Shown one piece after another: positions 18,971 through 28,443 of a DNA stretch of 40,139 bases; position 1 is the stretch's first letter, and every line of letters starts with the position of its first letter. The DNA is taken from UHGV virus genome UHGV-0205097, one strand, 5' to 3'. The position numbers and the translations under genes are program-made. The DNA is from a virus. Under the pieces are notes generated by a model. That model had not been told where the DNA came from. It made no database searches and saw nothing but the letters and a program-made list of their open reading frames with translations.

Positions 18971-19186
18971 ATGAACTGGAAGCAAAAACTCACATCCCGC
19001 AAATTCTGGCTCGCTGTTGTTGCACTTGTAACAGCGATACTCACTTCACTTAATATGAGTGAAGCTGATGTTACAAACATCACAACAGTTATTATGGCTT
19101 TCGGAACTGTGATAGCTTATATCATAGGCGAAGGTCTTATTGATGCAGCCGCTACCAAAAATAAGAACGACAAGGAGGATAAGTAA
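18971..19186 (+). CDS. Holin
   Basis: MNWKQKLTSRKFW signature, two TM segments, YIIGEGLIDAA, charged tail. Confidence 0.85.
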   Translation: MNWKQKLTSRKFWLAVVALVTAILTSLNMSEADVTNITTVIMAFGTVIAYIIGEGLIDAAATKNKNDKEDK

Positions 19187-19188
19187 AA

Positions 19189-19464
19189 ATGGACCTTGAT
19201 CTTGCATCTGAGATGCTTCAGGATTTGAAAAAAGAATCACGAAGAAAACAGATTATCATCTACATTCTCGTTGCAGTGATTGTTCTACTCGTCGTATTAG
19301 GAATGGTAGAAAGACTGTTTTATGATTACACTACTGTCGATATAGATAGTGGTGACGGTGGCAATGCTAATTATATAGGAGAGGACGGAACTATTATAAA
19401 TGGCGAGGATTACTGTACGACGCAAAACGGCCAAGTCGAACCTATCCAAAGTACGGCGCACTAA
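19189..19464 (+). CDS. Single-pass membrane protein
   Basis: Basic patch followed by IIIYILVAVIVLLVVLGMV; AAGGAGG RBS. Confidence 0.7.
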   Translation: MDLDLASEMLQDLKKESRRKQIIIYILVAVIVLLVVLGMVERLFYDYTTVDIDSGDGGNANYIGEDGTIINGEDYCTTQNGQVEPIQSTAH

Positions 19465-19486
19465 AACCCGTATAAGGAGGAAATGA
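19400..19486 (+). CDS. Tiny Arg/Lys-rich peptide, 28 aa (overlapping ORF)
   Basis: MARITVRRKTAKSNLSKVRRTKTRIRRK; upstream GGAGAGG; stop lies 1 nt before the next ATG. Confidence 0.45.
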   Translation: MARITVRRKTAKSNLSKVRRTKTRIRRK

Positions 19487-19487
19487 C

Positions 19488-19793
19488 ATGAACCCCAACG
19501 CATTAGTTAACATCGGTACTTGTAACGCTAAGTCCGAAGCTACTGAAAAAAGACTATTGCATTTGGAAGCACAGCAAGATGAATATAACAAATCGCAAGT
19601 AAGTGTAGCCGAGTGCCTTGCTAAACTTACGGTGCTTTGTGAAACTTCATCGCAAGCTCATCAGCAAACAAACGAAAGACTTGCGGCATTAGAACATCGT
19701 CCCGGCAAGTTCTGGGATAAAATCATTGTCGGCGCTCTTTCAGGTGTTATAGGTGCTGTACTTACCGCGTTTGTGCAAACTTGTCTAATCTAA
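19488..19793 (+). CDS. Coiled-coil + C-terminal TM protein (XhlA/holin-like)
   Basis: RLLHLE..RLAALE..PGKFWDKII followed by a TM helix. Confidence 0.6.
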   Translation: MNPNALVNIGTCNAKSEATEKRLLHLEAQQDEYNKSQVSVAECLAKLTVLCETSSQAHQQTNERLAALEHRPGKFWDKIIVGALSGVIGAVLTAFVQTCLI

Positions 19794-20053
19794 AAACCGA
19801 TTTATCGACAAAAGGCACAAAATGTAAATTACAGTTTACGACGCGCGAAAAGGAATACTTTGAGCAGGAATGCGGATTTACTGATGAAGAGCTTGACATA
19901 TTTAGATTACGTACACGTGGATATAGTGTCCTGCAAATCTCTTTCAAAATGGAAGAACTGTACGGCAAATATACACCAGGTGGTCAATATAGTATAAGCA
20001 AAGTCGAAGCACGTATTCGCTCAATAAAGAAAAAGATATTAAAGGTTTTATAA
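19781..20053 (+). CDS. HTH DNA-binding protein (LuxR/sigma region-4-like)
   Basis: CGFTDEELDIFRLR.RGYSVLQIS..SISKVEARIRSIKKKILKVL. Confidence 0.7.
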   Translation: MSNLKTDLSTKGTKCKLQFTTREKEYFEQECGFTDEELDIFRLRTRGYSVLQISFKMEELYGKYTPGGQYSISKVEARIRSIKKKILKVL

Positions 20054-20057
20054 AGGG

Positions 20058-20097
20058 AAAATGAAGCATAATCGAAGGGTTATGCTTCATTTTTTAT
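20058..20097 (+). terminator. 14-bp perfect inverted repeat (terminator and/or operator)
   Basis: AAAATGAAGCATAA-tcgaaggg-TTATGCTTCATTTT followed by further T residues. Confidence 0.65.
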
Positions 20098-20105
20098 GTT
20101 ATAAT
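20097..20105 (+). promoter_or_regulatory. Extended -10 promoter for the accessory cassette
   Basis: TGtTATAAT followed by ATAAAT and a GAGGAGG RBS. Confidence 0.6.
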
Positions 20106-20134
20106 ATAAATAGAAAAAGAGGAGGAATAAAGTT

Positions 20135-20407
20135 ATGATTTCAGTAAATAGTTTTGATGAAGCGCGTAATTATCCTGTAATGTTTAACACAGCAGAAATT
20201 TTTCTTGATAATAATCGAAACGTGTTCTATCTGAAGTCCGTCGACTCTATGGGCAAATACACAATAAATACTTACAAATTTGAACAAGTAGAAAATGAAA
20301 AGCCCATGACAACGGCGGACTTCGCAACACGTGAACAGTTCGAAAGTTTAAGTTCAAAACTTGACACATTACTATCACAGTTAGGAGTGAATACTGATGG
20401 CAAATAA
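20135..20407 (+). CDS. Accessory cassette protein 1 (hypothetical)
   Basis: Strong RBS; VNSFDEARNYPV..FYLKSVDSMG..FATREQFESL. Confidence 0.75.
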   Translation: MISVNSFDEARNYPVMFNTAEIFLDNNRNVFYLKSVDSMGKYTINTYKFEQVENEKPMTTADFATREQFESLSSKLDTLLSQLGVNTDGK

Positions 20408-20603
20408 TATTCTTCAGACACTTGCACAGCAGAAAGTACAACCCACAAATACTAATATGTTACAGCAGTTAAAAGATTTCAAACGTAATTACAAAGGTGA
20501 CCCTAAGCAGGCAGTAATGTCAATGCTTCAAAGTGGTCAAATCAATAACGCTCAGCTCCGGCAAGCTATGGCGTTTGCCCAGCAGTTCAAAGGATTGTTA
20601 TAA
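20397..20603 (+). CDS. Accessory cassette protein 2 (Gln/Met-rich helical)
   Basis: AGGAG RBS; GDPKQAVMSMLQSGQINNAQL. Confidence 0.75.
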   Translation: MANNILQTLAQQKVQPTNTNMLQQLKDFKRNYKGDPKQAVMSMLQSGQINNAQLRQAMAFAQQFKGLL

Positions 20604-20655
20604 TAGTAGGTCGACATGCTATTATTTCAAAATAAATTAACAAAGAGGTAATACA

Positions 20656-21285
20656 ATGGAAAATATGTCTCCGGCTGATATCCGTGCGGTAACACACGAC
20701 AATGATGATGGATTCGGCGGTGGGTGGCTTTGGATTGTAGTACTGTTCCTCTTCATGTATGGATTCGGTGGAAACGGATTCAATAGACAGGGAGAATTCG
20801 GTCAGTACGCAACTGCAGCTTCACAGCAGGAAATCCTTTACGGTCAGCAGTTTGGTCAGCTCAACGATAGACTGACAAACATCGGCAATGGTATTTGTAG
20901 TCTCGGCTACGAAATGCAGGGTAATATAGCGCAGCTTGGTAAAGAAGTTGCTCTGGGCCAGTCAAGTCTGGGCATGAACGTAATGTCCACAGGTAATGCA
21001 ATTCAGAAACAGCTTTCTGATTGTTGCTGCGAAAACAGACTTGCAACAGCAAATCTTGCGGCACAGATGGATCGCCAGACTTGCGACATCACAAGCGCTA
21101 TTCGTACAGAGGGCGAAGCAACACGCGCTCTTATCCAGACAAACGAAATTCAGGCACTCCGCGACAAAGTGTCACGTCTTGAAATGGACAACAGAATGTA
21201 CGGCGTAGTAAGATACCCTAACGGTTATACTTATAACGCAGGTGCATCTCCGTTCTGCGGTTGTAACAACGGTTGTTGCGCATAA
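20656..21285 (+). CDS. Accessory cassette protein 3: Gly-rich TM segment + coiled coil + Cys clusters
   Basis: GFGGGWLWIVVLFLFMYGFGGNG, DCCCEN and C-terminal CGCNNGCCA. Confidence 0.8.
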   Translation: MENMSPADIRAVTHDNDDGFGGGWLWIVVLFLFMYGFGGNGFNRQGEFGQYATAASQQEILYGQQFGQLNDRLTNIGNGICSLGYEMQGNIAQLGKEVALGQSSLGMNVMSTGNAIQKQLSDCCCENRLATANLAAQMDRQTCDITSAIRTEGEATRALIQTNEIQALRDKVSRLEMDNRMYGVVRYPNGYTYNAGASPFCGCNNGCCA

Positions 21286-21322
21286 AATTTCAACAACACT
21301 TTAACAAGTAAGGAGAAATAAT

Positions 21323-21739
21323 ATGTATAGAAAATCCGCTCAGGTAGCTGTTAATACTACCGCGCAGGCAACAACTGCAGCAGGAACTACGTTGAATGTA
21401 CTTGGAATAAAACTTACAAATACAGGATGTTCAATAAGTACACTCGGCAATGGATTCAAAATTAACGATGGTGGTCTTTATAAAATAAGATACGTTATTA
21501 CAGTAACTCCTACCGCAGCGGGCACACTTGCGGCACAGTTATTTGTAAATGGTACTGCGCTTCCGTGTTCTCTTATACAAAACACTGTTGACGCAAGTAC
21601 CACATACACCTACGTAATTGAAGCGCCCGCTGTATGTGTTCAAGCCTGCTGTGCAGTGCAGCCTATTGTAACCGCAACAGTAAGTGGCGTAGCAGCTGAC
21701 GTAACATACGTAAGCGCTTCCGCTGTAAGACTTGCGTAA
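21323..21739 (+). CDS. Accessory cassette protein 4: beta-sandwich (BclA-C/C1q-like, tentative)
   Basis: FKINDGGLYKIRYVITV..QLFVNGTALP pattern; Cys residues. Confidence 0.6.
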   Translation: MYRKSAQVAVNTTAQATTAAGTTLNVLGIKLTNTGCSISTLGNGFKINDGGLYKIRYVITVTPTAAGTLAAQLFVNGTALPCSLIQNTVDASTTYTYVIEAPAVCVQACCAVQPIVTATVSGVAADVTYVSASAVRLA

Positions 21740-22233
21740 TGACTACCTCGGAATTCTGGCGCAAGATAAGCGCCCATCAGATTGAAGGTGTAATGTTTCA
21801 TTTTCAGATGATTGATTTATTTGAGTTCTTAGGCTTGCGCAAGTTATCCGAGGAACAGGAAAATCACTTCTACGAAGAAACATTAGCATTACGCAATACA
21901 CATAAATATGTATTAGATACTCATAACATTTTATTACTCAACGATAAGTTGGGAACACCTAACTTAATACCATCCTCGTGGTCAAGTCATACGCGGATGG
22001 ACGTTGATAAATCGACGCGTCGGTCAAGTGTAATGTCTGCGTTTGATAAGTGGCGTCAATGGGAATCCGATACGCTCCAATTTTATACCGAGATGCGCGA
22101 CGAGTCTGATAGTGTACTCGATATAGAAAAACTAAATAAAATGATTGAAGATGTTGGTTGCGAACTTCAAGAAATTTACAATACGATACTCGAATTGAAA
22201 ATTCGTGATTTCGACCCAGCGAGTTTAATCTAA
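21739..22233 (+). CDS. Accessory cassette protein 5: ferritin-like helical bundle (tentative)
   Basis: HQIEGVMFH, FLGL, EENHFYEE, WESDT and DVGCEL: spaced Glu/His residues in helices. Confidence 0.6.
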   Translation: MTTSEFWRKISAHQIEGVMFHFQMIDLFEFLGLRKLSEEQENHFYEETLALRNTHKYVLDTHNILLLNDKLGTPNLIPSSWSSHTRMDVDKSTRRSSVMSAFDKWRQWESDTLQFYTEMRDESDSVLDIEKLNKMIEDVGCELQEIYNTILELKIRDFDPASLI

Positions 22234-22237
22234 AAGT

Positions 22238-22265
22238 AAAAGCTCCTATTCTATAGGAGCTTTTT
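22238..22265. terminator. Bidirectional rho-independent terminator between the converging arms
   Basis: AAAAGCTCCTAT-tct-ATAGGAGCTTTTT. Confidence 0.85.
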
Positions 22266-22385
22266 CTATTGAAATGACTTAAAATTTCGCGCTATATTAA
22301 GCGATTTTTATTTAATCATATAAATATATTGCTTTATTTTATCGCTTGTTATAGCGCGTTATTTCGCTTAAAAACACTATGGCAT

Positions 22386-22856
22386 TTACTGGGGATTACG
22401 TTCGTAATATCTCAAAAGCCTTACTGCATCACGTAAATGCTCTGTCGCAGCTTGTCCTTTTCGATCTACTGTTTTCCATAGGTCAAGTTCATCGTTAGAT
22501 AATGCGTACTTCTTGACGGATGGTTGCAAGCCTACGAGCTTGCGCGAACATGATACTATGTCACCCATCTGTGTGGTCAAATCATAATTCGTATACACGG
22601 GATGACGCATATGCCATAATTTTATTACTCCTATGACTTCAACAGGGTAAAATGTATTCCATATAAGTTTTTGTGCTTTACCTGGATACATTTGAAATGT
22701 CTCATATATAATTACTTCCGGGTTCCATATGCAAAGCAATTCGTAAACAGCTTTGTGACATTCACCTATTGTACCACCGTAAAGTTTACCATCGTAATCT
22801 CGTATAACCCATCCTGTACTATTTCCTGGATCAAGCGCTAAGCATCTCTGCAACAC
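22386..22856 (-). CDS. RuvC-like Holliday junction resolvase
   Basis: LALDPGNSTGW, IIYETF and HLRDA acidic RNase H-fold motifs. Confidence 0.75.
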   Translation of the reverse strand: MLQRCLALDPGNSTGWVIRDYDGKLYGGTIGECHKAVYELLCIWNPEVIIYETFQMYPGKAQKLIWNTFYPVEVIGVIKLWHMRHPVYTNYDLTTQMGDIVSCSRKLVGLQPSVKKYALSNDELDLWKTVDRKGQAATEHLRDAVRLLRYYERNPQ

Positions 22857-24387
22857 GTTTGAACACCTCCTCTATATCTTCTGCTTTTTTAGTTGTGATT
22901 CCTTCTACATGTTGGTCAATCGAATGCTCCATATTAAGTATCCATATATTTGTCATACCAACTTGACCACTACGATTTACTCTATCCTCTGCTTGCTCAT
23001 TGATACCTGGTGTCCAATCCCTATCGAGGAATATAACATTCCTACAGTGATGTTGCAAGCCATCGACGCTTGTGCCAAGTGCACCTATAGTACCAATAAG
23101 TACCCGATATGAATCGAAACTGTCTTTTACCCGCTGACGTTCTTTACTGGACATCTCGCCGTAGTAAAGTTCACATTTGATTTTTGCTTTGGTCAAGTAT
23201 TCGTGCAAAGCTTTCGCGCTTTCCGCAAACTTACTGAATATAACAACTTTCTCGCCCTCATTGTCCTCAAGCCAATCGCGAATCCATTCGAATTTCGGGT
23301 TATGCTTGCACGAAGGAAACTTGCAACAATTAGTTGTAATTTGCTGCTGCTTGATAATTTGATCCATCGCGTTCTTTATTGTGATACCATCTTCCGCAAG
23401 TCTATCCAGCGCAAGATTAACTACATCCTTATAAAGATTACGTTGCGATACATCCATAGGCAACTTTATTGGAATAATATTCTTGCCCTCGGTAACGTTT
23501 TGATTGTCGCCGCCGACGGAAATAATTGAAAGTACTTTCGCAAGTAGATTACGCGCGTTTTCAGATGGAGTCAAACCTACAGGCTTGCGACCAAAATGAT
23601 CTTCTTCTACTTCGCAAAATCTATTTACAAATTCCCAATATGAGTTTCCGCTTATCTTAGGGTCAAGAAAATTCAGTTGCGACCACAAATCATCTGGATG
23701 ACCAAGAATAGGTGTACCAGTAAGACACATTCTATGGCGAGAAGGTAGATCCTTCAACGCTATAGTTATTTGTGCTCCTGCTGTTTTTATTCTATGCGAT
23801 TCATCCACAATAATTATATCCCATACCCATCCCTTACACTTCATAAAGGGTTGAGTAGGCGCAAGTACTTTATGTTTACGTGTACCTACATTACGCGGAG
23901 TCAATTGTTCATAATTTGTAATATAGATAACACCTTTAGATGAATCGCTCAAACTCGGGCCATTGCCGAGGACTTGCACACACTCTGACATTTCTGGCCA
24001 CCATTGCACAAACTGGTCTTTCCATTGATATACAACAGATTTAGGACATACGACGAGTATGCGTTTGAATCCTTTAAGTCTACAATGCTCAATACTCTCA
24101 AATGTTTTACCATATCCGGGTTTATTTCTGTTCAAGCAATTCTTGAGCCTAAGAGTATGCTCAATGTCCTTTACTTGATAATCCCTTGCTTTAGGATTTA
24201 TTTCGGAGTGATCGCTGTCATCGGAAAAACACTCCAAATCTATACCCAAACAAACACGATTGAATATATTGTCCTCAAGTATTAGGTTATCGCCGTTACG
24301 AGTAATGTTTACGCAAGTCTTGCGTATGTACATTTTCTCTTGATTAGTTAGATCCATCAGATGAATCTTGTTGTTCAATTGCTTCAT
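22831..24387 (-). CDS. SNF2-family helicase
   Basis: PGYGKT, VVCPKSV, ITNYE, VDESHRIK, LTGTP, GTSVDGLQ and QAEDRVNRSGQ. Start approximate (24387 or 24393). Confidence 0.92.
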   Translation of the reverse strand: MKQLNNKIHLMDLTNQEKMYIRKTCVNITRNGDNLILEDNIFNRVCLGIDLECFSDDSDHSEINPKARDYQVKDIEHTLRLKNCLNRNKPGYGKTFESIEHCRLKGFKRILVVCPKSVVYQWKDQFVQWWPEMSECVQVLGNGPSLSDSSKGVIYITNYEQLTPRNVGTRKHKVLAPTQPFMKCKGWVWDIIIVDESHRIKTAGAQITIALKDLPSRHRMCLTGTPILGHPDDLWSQLNFLDPKISGNSYWEFVNRFCEVEEDHFGRKPVGLTPSENARNLLAKVLSIISVGGDNQNVTEGKNIIPIKLPMDVSQRNLYKDVVNLALDRLAEDGITIKNAMDQIIKQQQITTNCCKFPSCKHNPKFEWIRDWLEDNEGEKVVIFSKFAESAKALHEYLTKAKIKCELYYGEMSSKERQRVKDSFDSYRVLIGTIGALGTSVDGLQHHCRNVIFLDRDWTPGINEQAEDRVNRSGQVGMTNIWILNMEHSIDQHVEGITTKKAEDIEEVFKRVAEMLSA

Positions 24388-24904
24388 CCGCATCTTCCAA
24401 ATCCCCCCAACTTCTTCCTATTTCAGCATCCGCTTTGAACGGGAAATCCAAAACAGGATTCGTTAAATATTTTTTAGGCATATTCGCCATAGTAGATATA
24501 CCAATATCTACAACACGTCTCAGTGCTTTAGGGTCATCGATACATTCTATAATAATAGAGTCGTGAACCGTGTTTACAATTCTTGCGTCAATTCCCTCTT
24601 CTATCAACTGATCGTGGATTGAACATACACTAAGCATGGTCAAGTCTGACGCGATTGATGATACAGGGAAATTAACTGCTTCGTTTTCAACGTGATTACG
24701 ATTATCCATAGTTACAATGTAATGACGCTGTCTGCCGAAAACTGTTGTATAAGGTTCCGAATTGTATGGTACCTTGCGCATCTTATCAACAAAACGTTTT
24801 GCACCAGGAGCAGCTTTATACCAGTCTTGTACAAGTCTTGTTGCTTCGCCCATTGACATATGCAGCTTTGTTTTCATAGAGCCCGGACCACGCCCATATG
24901 GTAT
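24344..24904 (-). CDS. polA: DNA polymerase A, exon 3
   Basis: Begins IPYGRG, completing motif B; AVNFPVSSIASD and motif C VHDSI. Confidence 0.9.
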   Translation of the reverse strand: MPYGRGPGSMKTKLHMSMGEATRLVQDWYKAAPGAKRFVDKMRKVPYNSEPYTTVFGRQRHYIVTMDNRNHVENEAVNFPVSSIASDLTMLSVCSIHDQLIEEGIDARIVNTVHDSIIIECIDDPKALRRVVDIGISTMANMPKKYLTNPVLDFPFKADAEIGRSWGDLEDADEAIEQQDSSDGSN

Positions 24905-25517
24905 CGGTTACTTATCCGATTCTTCTTTCTCAGATAACCTGACTATACCTTTCGTGAAATTCTTCCACACTTCGTGTTCCTTCTGATGGCAACTTTTACA
25001 AAGTGTTTCAAGATTTTCAGGATCGTTGTTGCTACGATCGCGATCCTTATGATGCACTAATAAGTAGTAAGTAGATCCGCAACGCTCACATTTATTTCCT
25101 ATCATCTTCTGATAAGATCTTGCGCCGTTAACGTAGTTATTATTGTTTGTACCTGATTGATTATAACCCCGTCTCATGCCTTGATAATATTCATGGTTGT
25201 ATTTTGTTACATACGCTTTACGCTCTTCGCGATGCTCATAATAGCTACGCAATGCTCTCTCACGATTTACGTCATCACGGCAGTTGCAACAGTACAATTG
25301 TCTTCCACTATTAGGTATGAACTCTTTTCCACATCTCTTACATATTCTCTTAGTTAACATCTTTCACTTACCTCCCGTATAAATAGATTCGATTGATTTG
25401 AGTTTCCTCAGACGATCTATTATAAGTCGATACACACTACCCGTAACGTAGGCACGGTCTCAACATCTCAGTCCTAACCGTTTTGAGGAGGTTTTACTTC
25501 GGCATACGCTCTTACGC
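24905..25517 (-). mobile_element. Group I intron 2 in polA (613 nt)
   Basis: The exon ends in U (..CUUCGGU) and pairs with the IGS GCCGAAG. R-like UAUCGACUU, S-like AAGGUAUAGUC, terminal G. Splicing restores KTVNFG|IPYG. Confidence 0.88.
24908..25360 (-). CDS. Intron-encoded HNH homing endonuclease
   Basis: CERCGS..LLVHHKDRDRSNNDPENLETLCKSCHQKEH; N-terminal Zn ribbon. Confidence 0.9.
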   Translation of the reverse strand: MLTKRICKRCGKEFIPNSGRQLYCCNCRDDVNRERALRSYYEHREERKAYVTKYNHEYYQGMRRGYNQSGTNNNNYVNGARSYQKMIGNKCERCGSTYYLLVHHKDRDRSNNDPENLETLCKSCHQKEHEVWKNFTKGIVRLSEKEESDK

Positions 25518-25763
25518 ACCGAAGTTAACTGTTTTAGCAGCTACACGTTGTTCCTTAGTAAAATTCTCGCCGAATATTTTATGCGCCATAGCATCGTGCA
25601 AGTCTTTACCTTCACGATAAGTTTCACGCAAATATTCATCTTGCGAAAGATAAGCAAGTACACGAAGTTCAGCCTGTGAATAGTCGAACTGTACGAGCTT
25701 ATATCCAGGAGGAGCAATAAACAGATTCTTGATAAGCTTCATTCTTGGAATATTCTGCATGTT
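25518..25763 (-). CDS. polA: DNA polymerase A, exon 2
   Basis: NMQNIPR, motif A DYSQAELRVLA, DLH, RVAAKTVNFG. Confidence 0.92.
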
Positions 25764-26455
25764 CTTTTAACTGGACTATATCATCTACTGCCCTTATCGC
25801 GACAGTAGGAGTGCGCTTCAGCCTTTCGGCTTACGGGCTCGCGCCCTAGTCTCTGCTCTTACGTAATTGTTGATGTAACTTTGAGTGCGCAGCATTTGTC
25901 ATAAGCGCTAAATTGCTTATATCGTTATTATGCTTGTCGCCGTCTATATGATGAATAACAAAACCGGCCGGTATTTCCGTTAAGCCTAACGCTTTACACA
26001 TAACTACGGAATGCTCAAAAACATGGTTGCATCCTGTGCGTCCGGTATACCATTCAGGGCGCAATATCATCCAATATCCACGACCATCAGAAACACGCTC
26101 TTTGTAGTTAGGATGCTGTTCTTTGTACTTTCCCTTCATTGGATTTTTATCACCCTTTTTAGATAACTGATAACTACGCTGCTTACGCATTTTACGATAA
26201 TCTCTATCGTACATATCGTACAAAAACCCTCTGTAAAGCCAAGTAACAGATATTCCCAATTCTTCTGCTATCTGAGCGTCCGTCAAATTTGTTTCTTCAT
26301 ATAGTCTCTTTAATTTATTTACATCAACTGTCATAATCATGTACCTCCTATGGTAGATATTATTTACGTTTAGATCAGGATTATCCCTTTCGGGCCTTCC
26401 CTGAATTCACACTCTTCTTCGATGTAGCTCACGCTACAAAGCCCCAACATGTTTT
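25764..26455 (-). mobile_element. Group I intron 1 in polA (692 nt, IA-like)
   Basis: P1: CCCU|AA pairs with UUGGGG. P10: CAUGUU pairs with 3' exon AACAUG. P AAUUCAGGGAA, Q AAUCCUGAUC, R CAGAGACUA, S GAUAUAGUCC, terminal G. Splicing restores SDP|NMQNIP. Confidence 0.92.
25846..26340 (-). CDS. Intron-encoded HNH homing endonuclease
   Basis: VFEHSVV..GFVIHHIDGDKHNNDISNLALMTNAAHSKLH; N-terminal HTH-like segment; AGGAGG RBS. Confidence 0.9.
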   Translation of the reverse strand: MIMTVDVNKLKRLYEETNLTDAQIAEELGISVTWLYRGFLYDMYDRDYRKMRKQRSYQLSKKGDKNPMKGKYKEQHPNYKERVSDGRGYWMILRPEWYTGRTGCNHVFEHSVVMCKALGLTEIPAGFVIHHIDGDKHNNDISNLALMTNAAHSKLHQQLRKSRD

Positions 26456-27739
26456 AGGGTCACTACAACTCAAACGACCTGTTTCCGTTCCGTGCAAGTT
26501 AAACGTACAACGTACACGGTTATCCTTATTCATAACACTGAATATGCCTTGAACATAAGTATCCATGTACTTGTTATACTTGCGCAAGTCCATAATGGCT
26601 TGCACAAACGGTATCTTGGGAAATTCTTCGGCAAGGGCGCTCAACGCGTCGGCGTCAGTTTTGTCAAGTTTCTTACCTGTTATTGTTTCAAGCATCCATT
26701 TGAGCTGCTTAGGTGACTTGTGATTGAAAATACTGGAAAATGTTTTAGCACCCGTGTCGCTCATATACGCAGCAGGATCCCAGGTACGTGCTGCTTCCTC
26801 TTTTACGTGTTTCTCGGCTTCGTATATAAGTGTGTCGAGTTTATCTTGCAACTCATAAATATAATCCTGGTCTACGAGACAACCTGCGACCTCTATATCA
26901 CGAAATACGTTCGCAGCCTTGACCAACTTATAATAAATATCGATTGAACCCGGACGCATTATGCGTTTGAATTTTTTGTTTAACTGATATGTTGTGCAAG
27001 CATCGCGATAAAGATAAGGTATCAATATATCGCTCGATATCATATCGTATTGAAAATCAGCCATCTTTACTTTATGTTGCAAGCACCACTTACGTTTGTA
27101 TTCATTCAGCTTATCATCCCACTGAGGTGTCTGTAAGTATAAAGGACCCAAATCCTTTAAGCCGTGTGTACCTTTACGCTCGTTTATTCCGGCATAATGT
27201 TGCAACATAGTATCTTCATCTATACGTGCGCGTATTTCCATAAGATATTTCAAACGCGCTGTATCGAATTTACCGTTTTGCCATATAAATGTTATATTTG
27301 TTTTATCAAATAAATTCTGCAATTCATCAATAGGAAAATCATCTCCTACTTTTAGAACAATGGCGTCATAATCACTGTACGCAAAACCTATAAGTAATAC
27401 TTTATTACCATCGTAACCCGTATTACGCGTTTCTATATCCACTGAAAGTAAATCGTATTGTGCAAGCCTGTCCAGAGCTTGCACAATATCTTCTTTAGTC
27501 TCATATGTAACGCCGTTTACTTTAGAATCATCCCACCATCCTTTTTCAGGAGCTCCGTCAAGATAATTGTGAACTGCTTCTATAAGTATATCCATCAAAT
27601 TGAAGTTTCCACGTAAGACTGTTTCAGTGGGTACGTAAAGTACATCATTTACTACCTTGAAAAATCTTTCGTGATTCATAGTAAGACGTATTTCTTTACC
27701 TTCTGGTATATTCGGTGCAATTGCTTCTATAACCGTCAT
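26456..27739 (-). CDS. polA: DNA polymerase A, exon 1 (3'-5' exonuclease and start of polymerase domain); spliced product ~696 aa
   Basis: Exo motifs VDIET, QNGKFD and YLYRDA; FNHKSPKQL; GTETGRLSCSDP. Confidence 0.92.
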
Positions 27740-28443
27740 ACGAGACCTGCCTCTCTTAATTCATCACGAATATCATTGTATATATAATCCTTAAAGTTAT
27801 CGTGATATAAATCGATTGTACGCACCGGACGCTGTCCCCATATATCGCGTACGCCTTCTCTTGCAAACAACGAAGGTATACAAGTATCACAACTGCGTAT
27901 ACTTGCAGGATCCTTGTACTGCCTGAATTCATCAAGTGAATCCCAACAACCGAGCAAGTGAATTGCTTTAGAACTGCCTCTCCATAGTTCCTCAAGTCCT
28001 GGGCGCCCACTTTTTGTCAAGTTACGCGATACTTTAGGAATACCTATACTGTGTATTTCAGGCATCTGCGACAACAGATAAAAACATTTACAGAATTCAT
28101 CAATTGTACCACCATGACAAACTGCCATAAGCCTAAAATCGTGAAGTCTTCCCATACGTCTAAGATGTTCGATATCTTTCGCAACACGCTCTACTGTTTC
28201 AAGTCCTTTTGTAAATACATCAGGAAGTATAAATTCATGTGCGTCGCAACGTACTGCCGCATCATACACAGTGTTTATGTCTACTGCTCCACCCAATTCA
28301 ATCAGGCTATTATCCATTATGCGATAACAATTTTTGTTAGCTGACAACGGATAATAGCCTGACATATGCGCAAGAAGCATAGCATAATCACCGTCGTAAG
28401 TTCTTACTATCTGTTTAACTGGTACTATGCTTGCTAATTTCAT
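27736..28443 (-). CDS. TGT/DpdA-like TIM-barrel base-exchange enzyme (divergent)
   Basis: Motif order IMDNS / ILPDV / AVCHG / IGIP / IHLLG / SCDT parallels the TGT-family D-S-G, D, QG, G, H.LG and S.D motifs; near yhhQ. Confidence 0.62.
   Translation of the reverse strand: MKLASIVPVKQIVRTYDGDYAMLLAHMSGYYPLSANKNCYRIMDNSLIELGGAVDINTVYDAAVRCDAHEFILPDVFTKGLETVERVAKDIEHLRRMGRLHDFRLMAVCHGGTIDEFCKCFYLLSQMPEIHSIGIPKVSRNLTKSGRPGLEELWRGSSKAIHLLGCWDSLDEFRQYKDPASIRSCDTCIPSLFAREGVRDIWGQRPVRTIDLYHDNFKDYIYNDIRDELREAGLV

Noticed and set aside
24344..27739. polA as a pseudogene or intein-split gene
   Set aside because: The interruptions have group I intron cores and splicing restores conserved motifs in frame.
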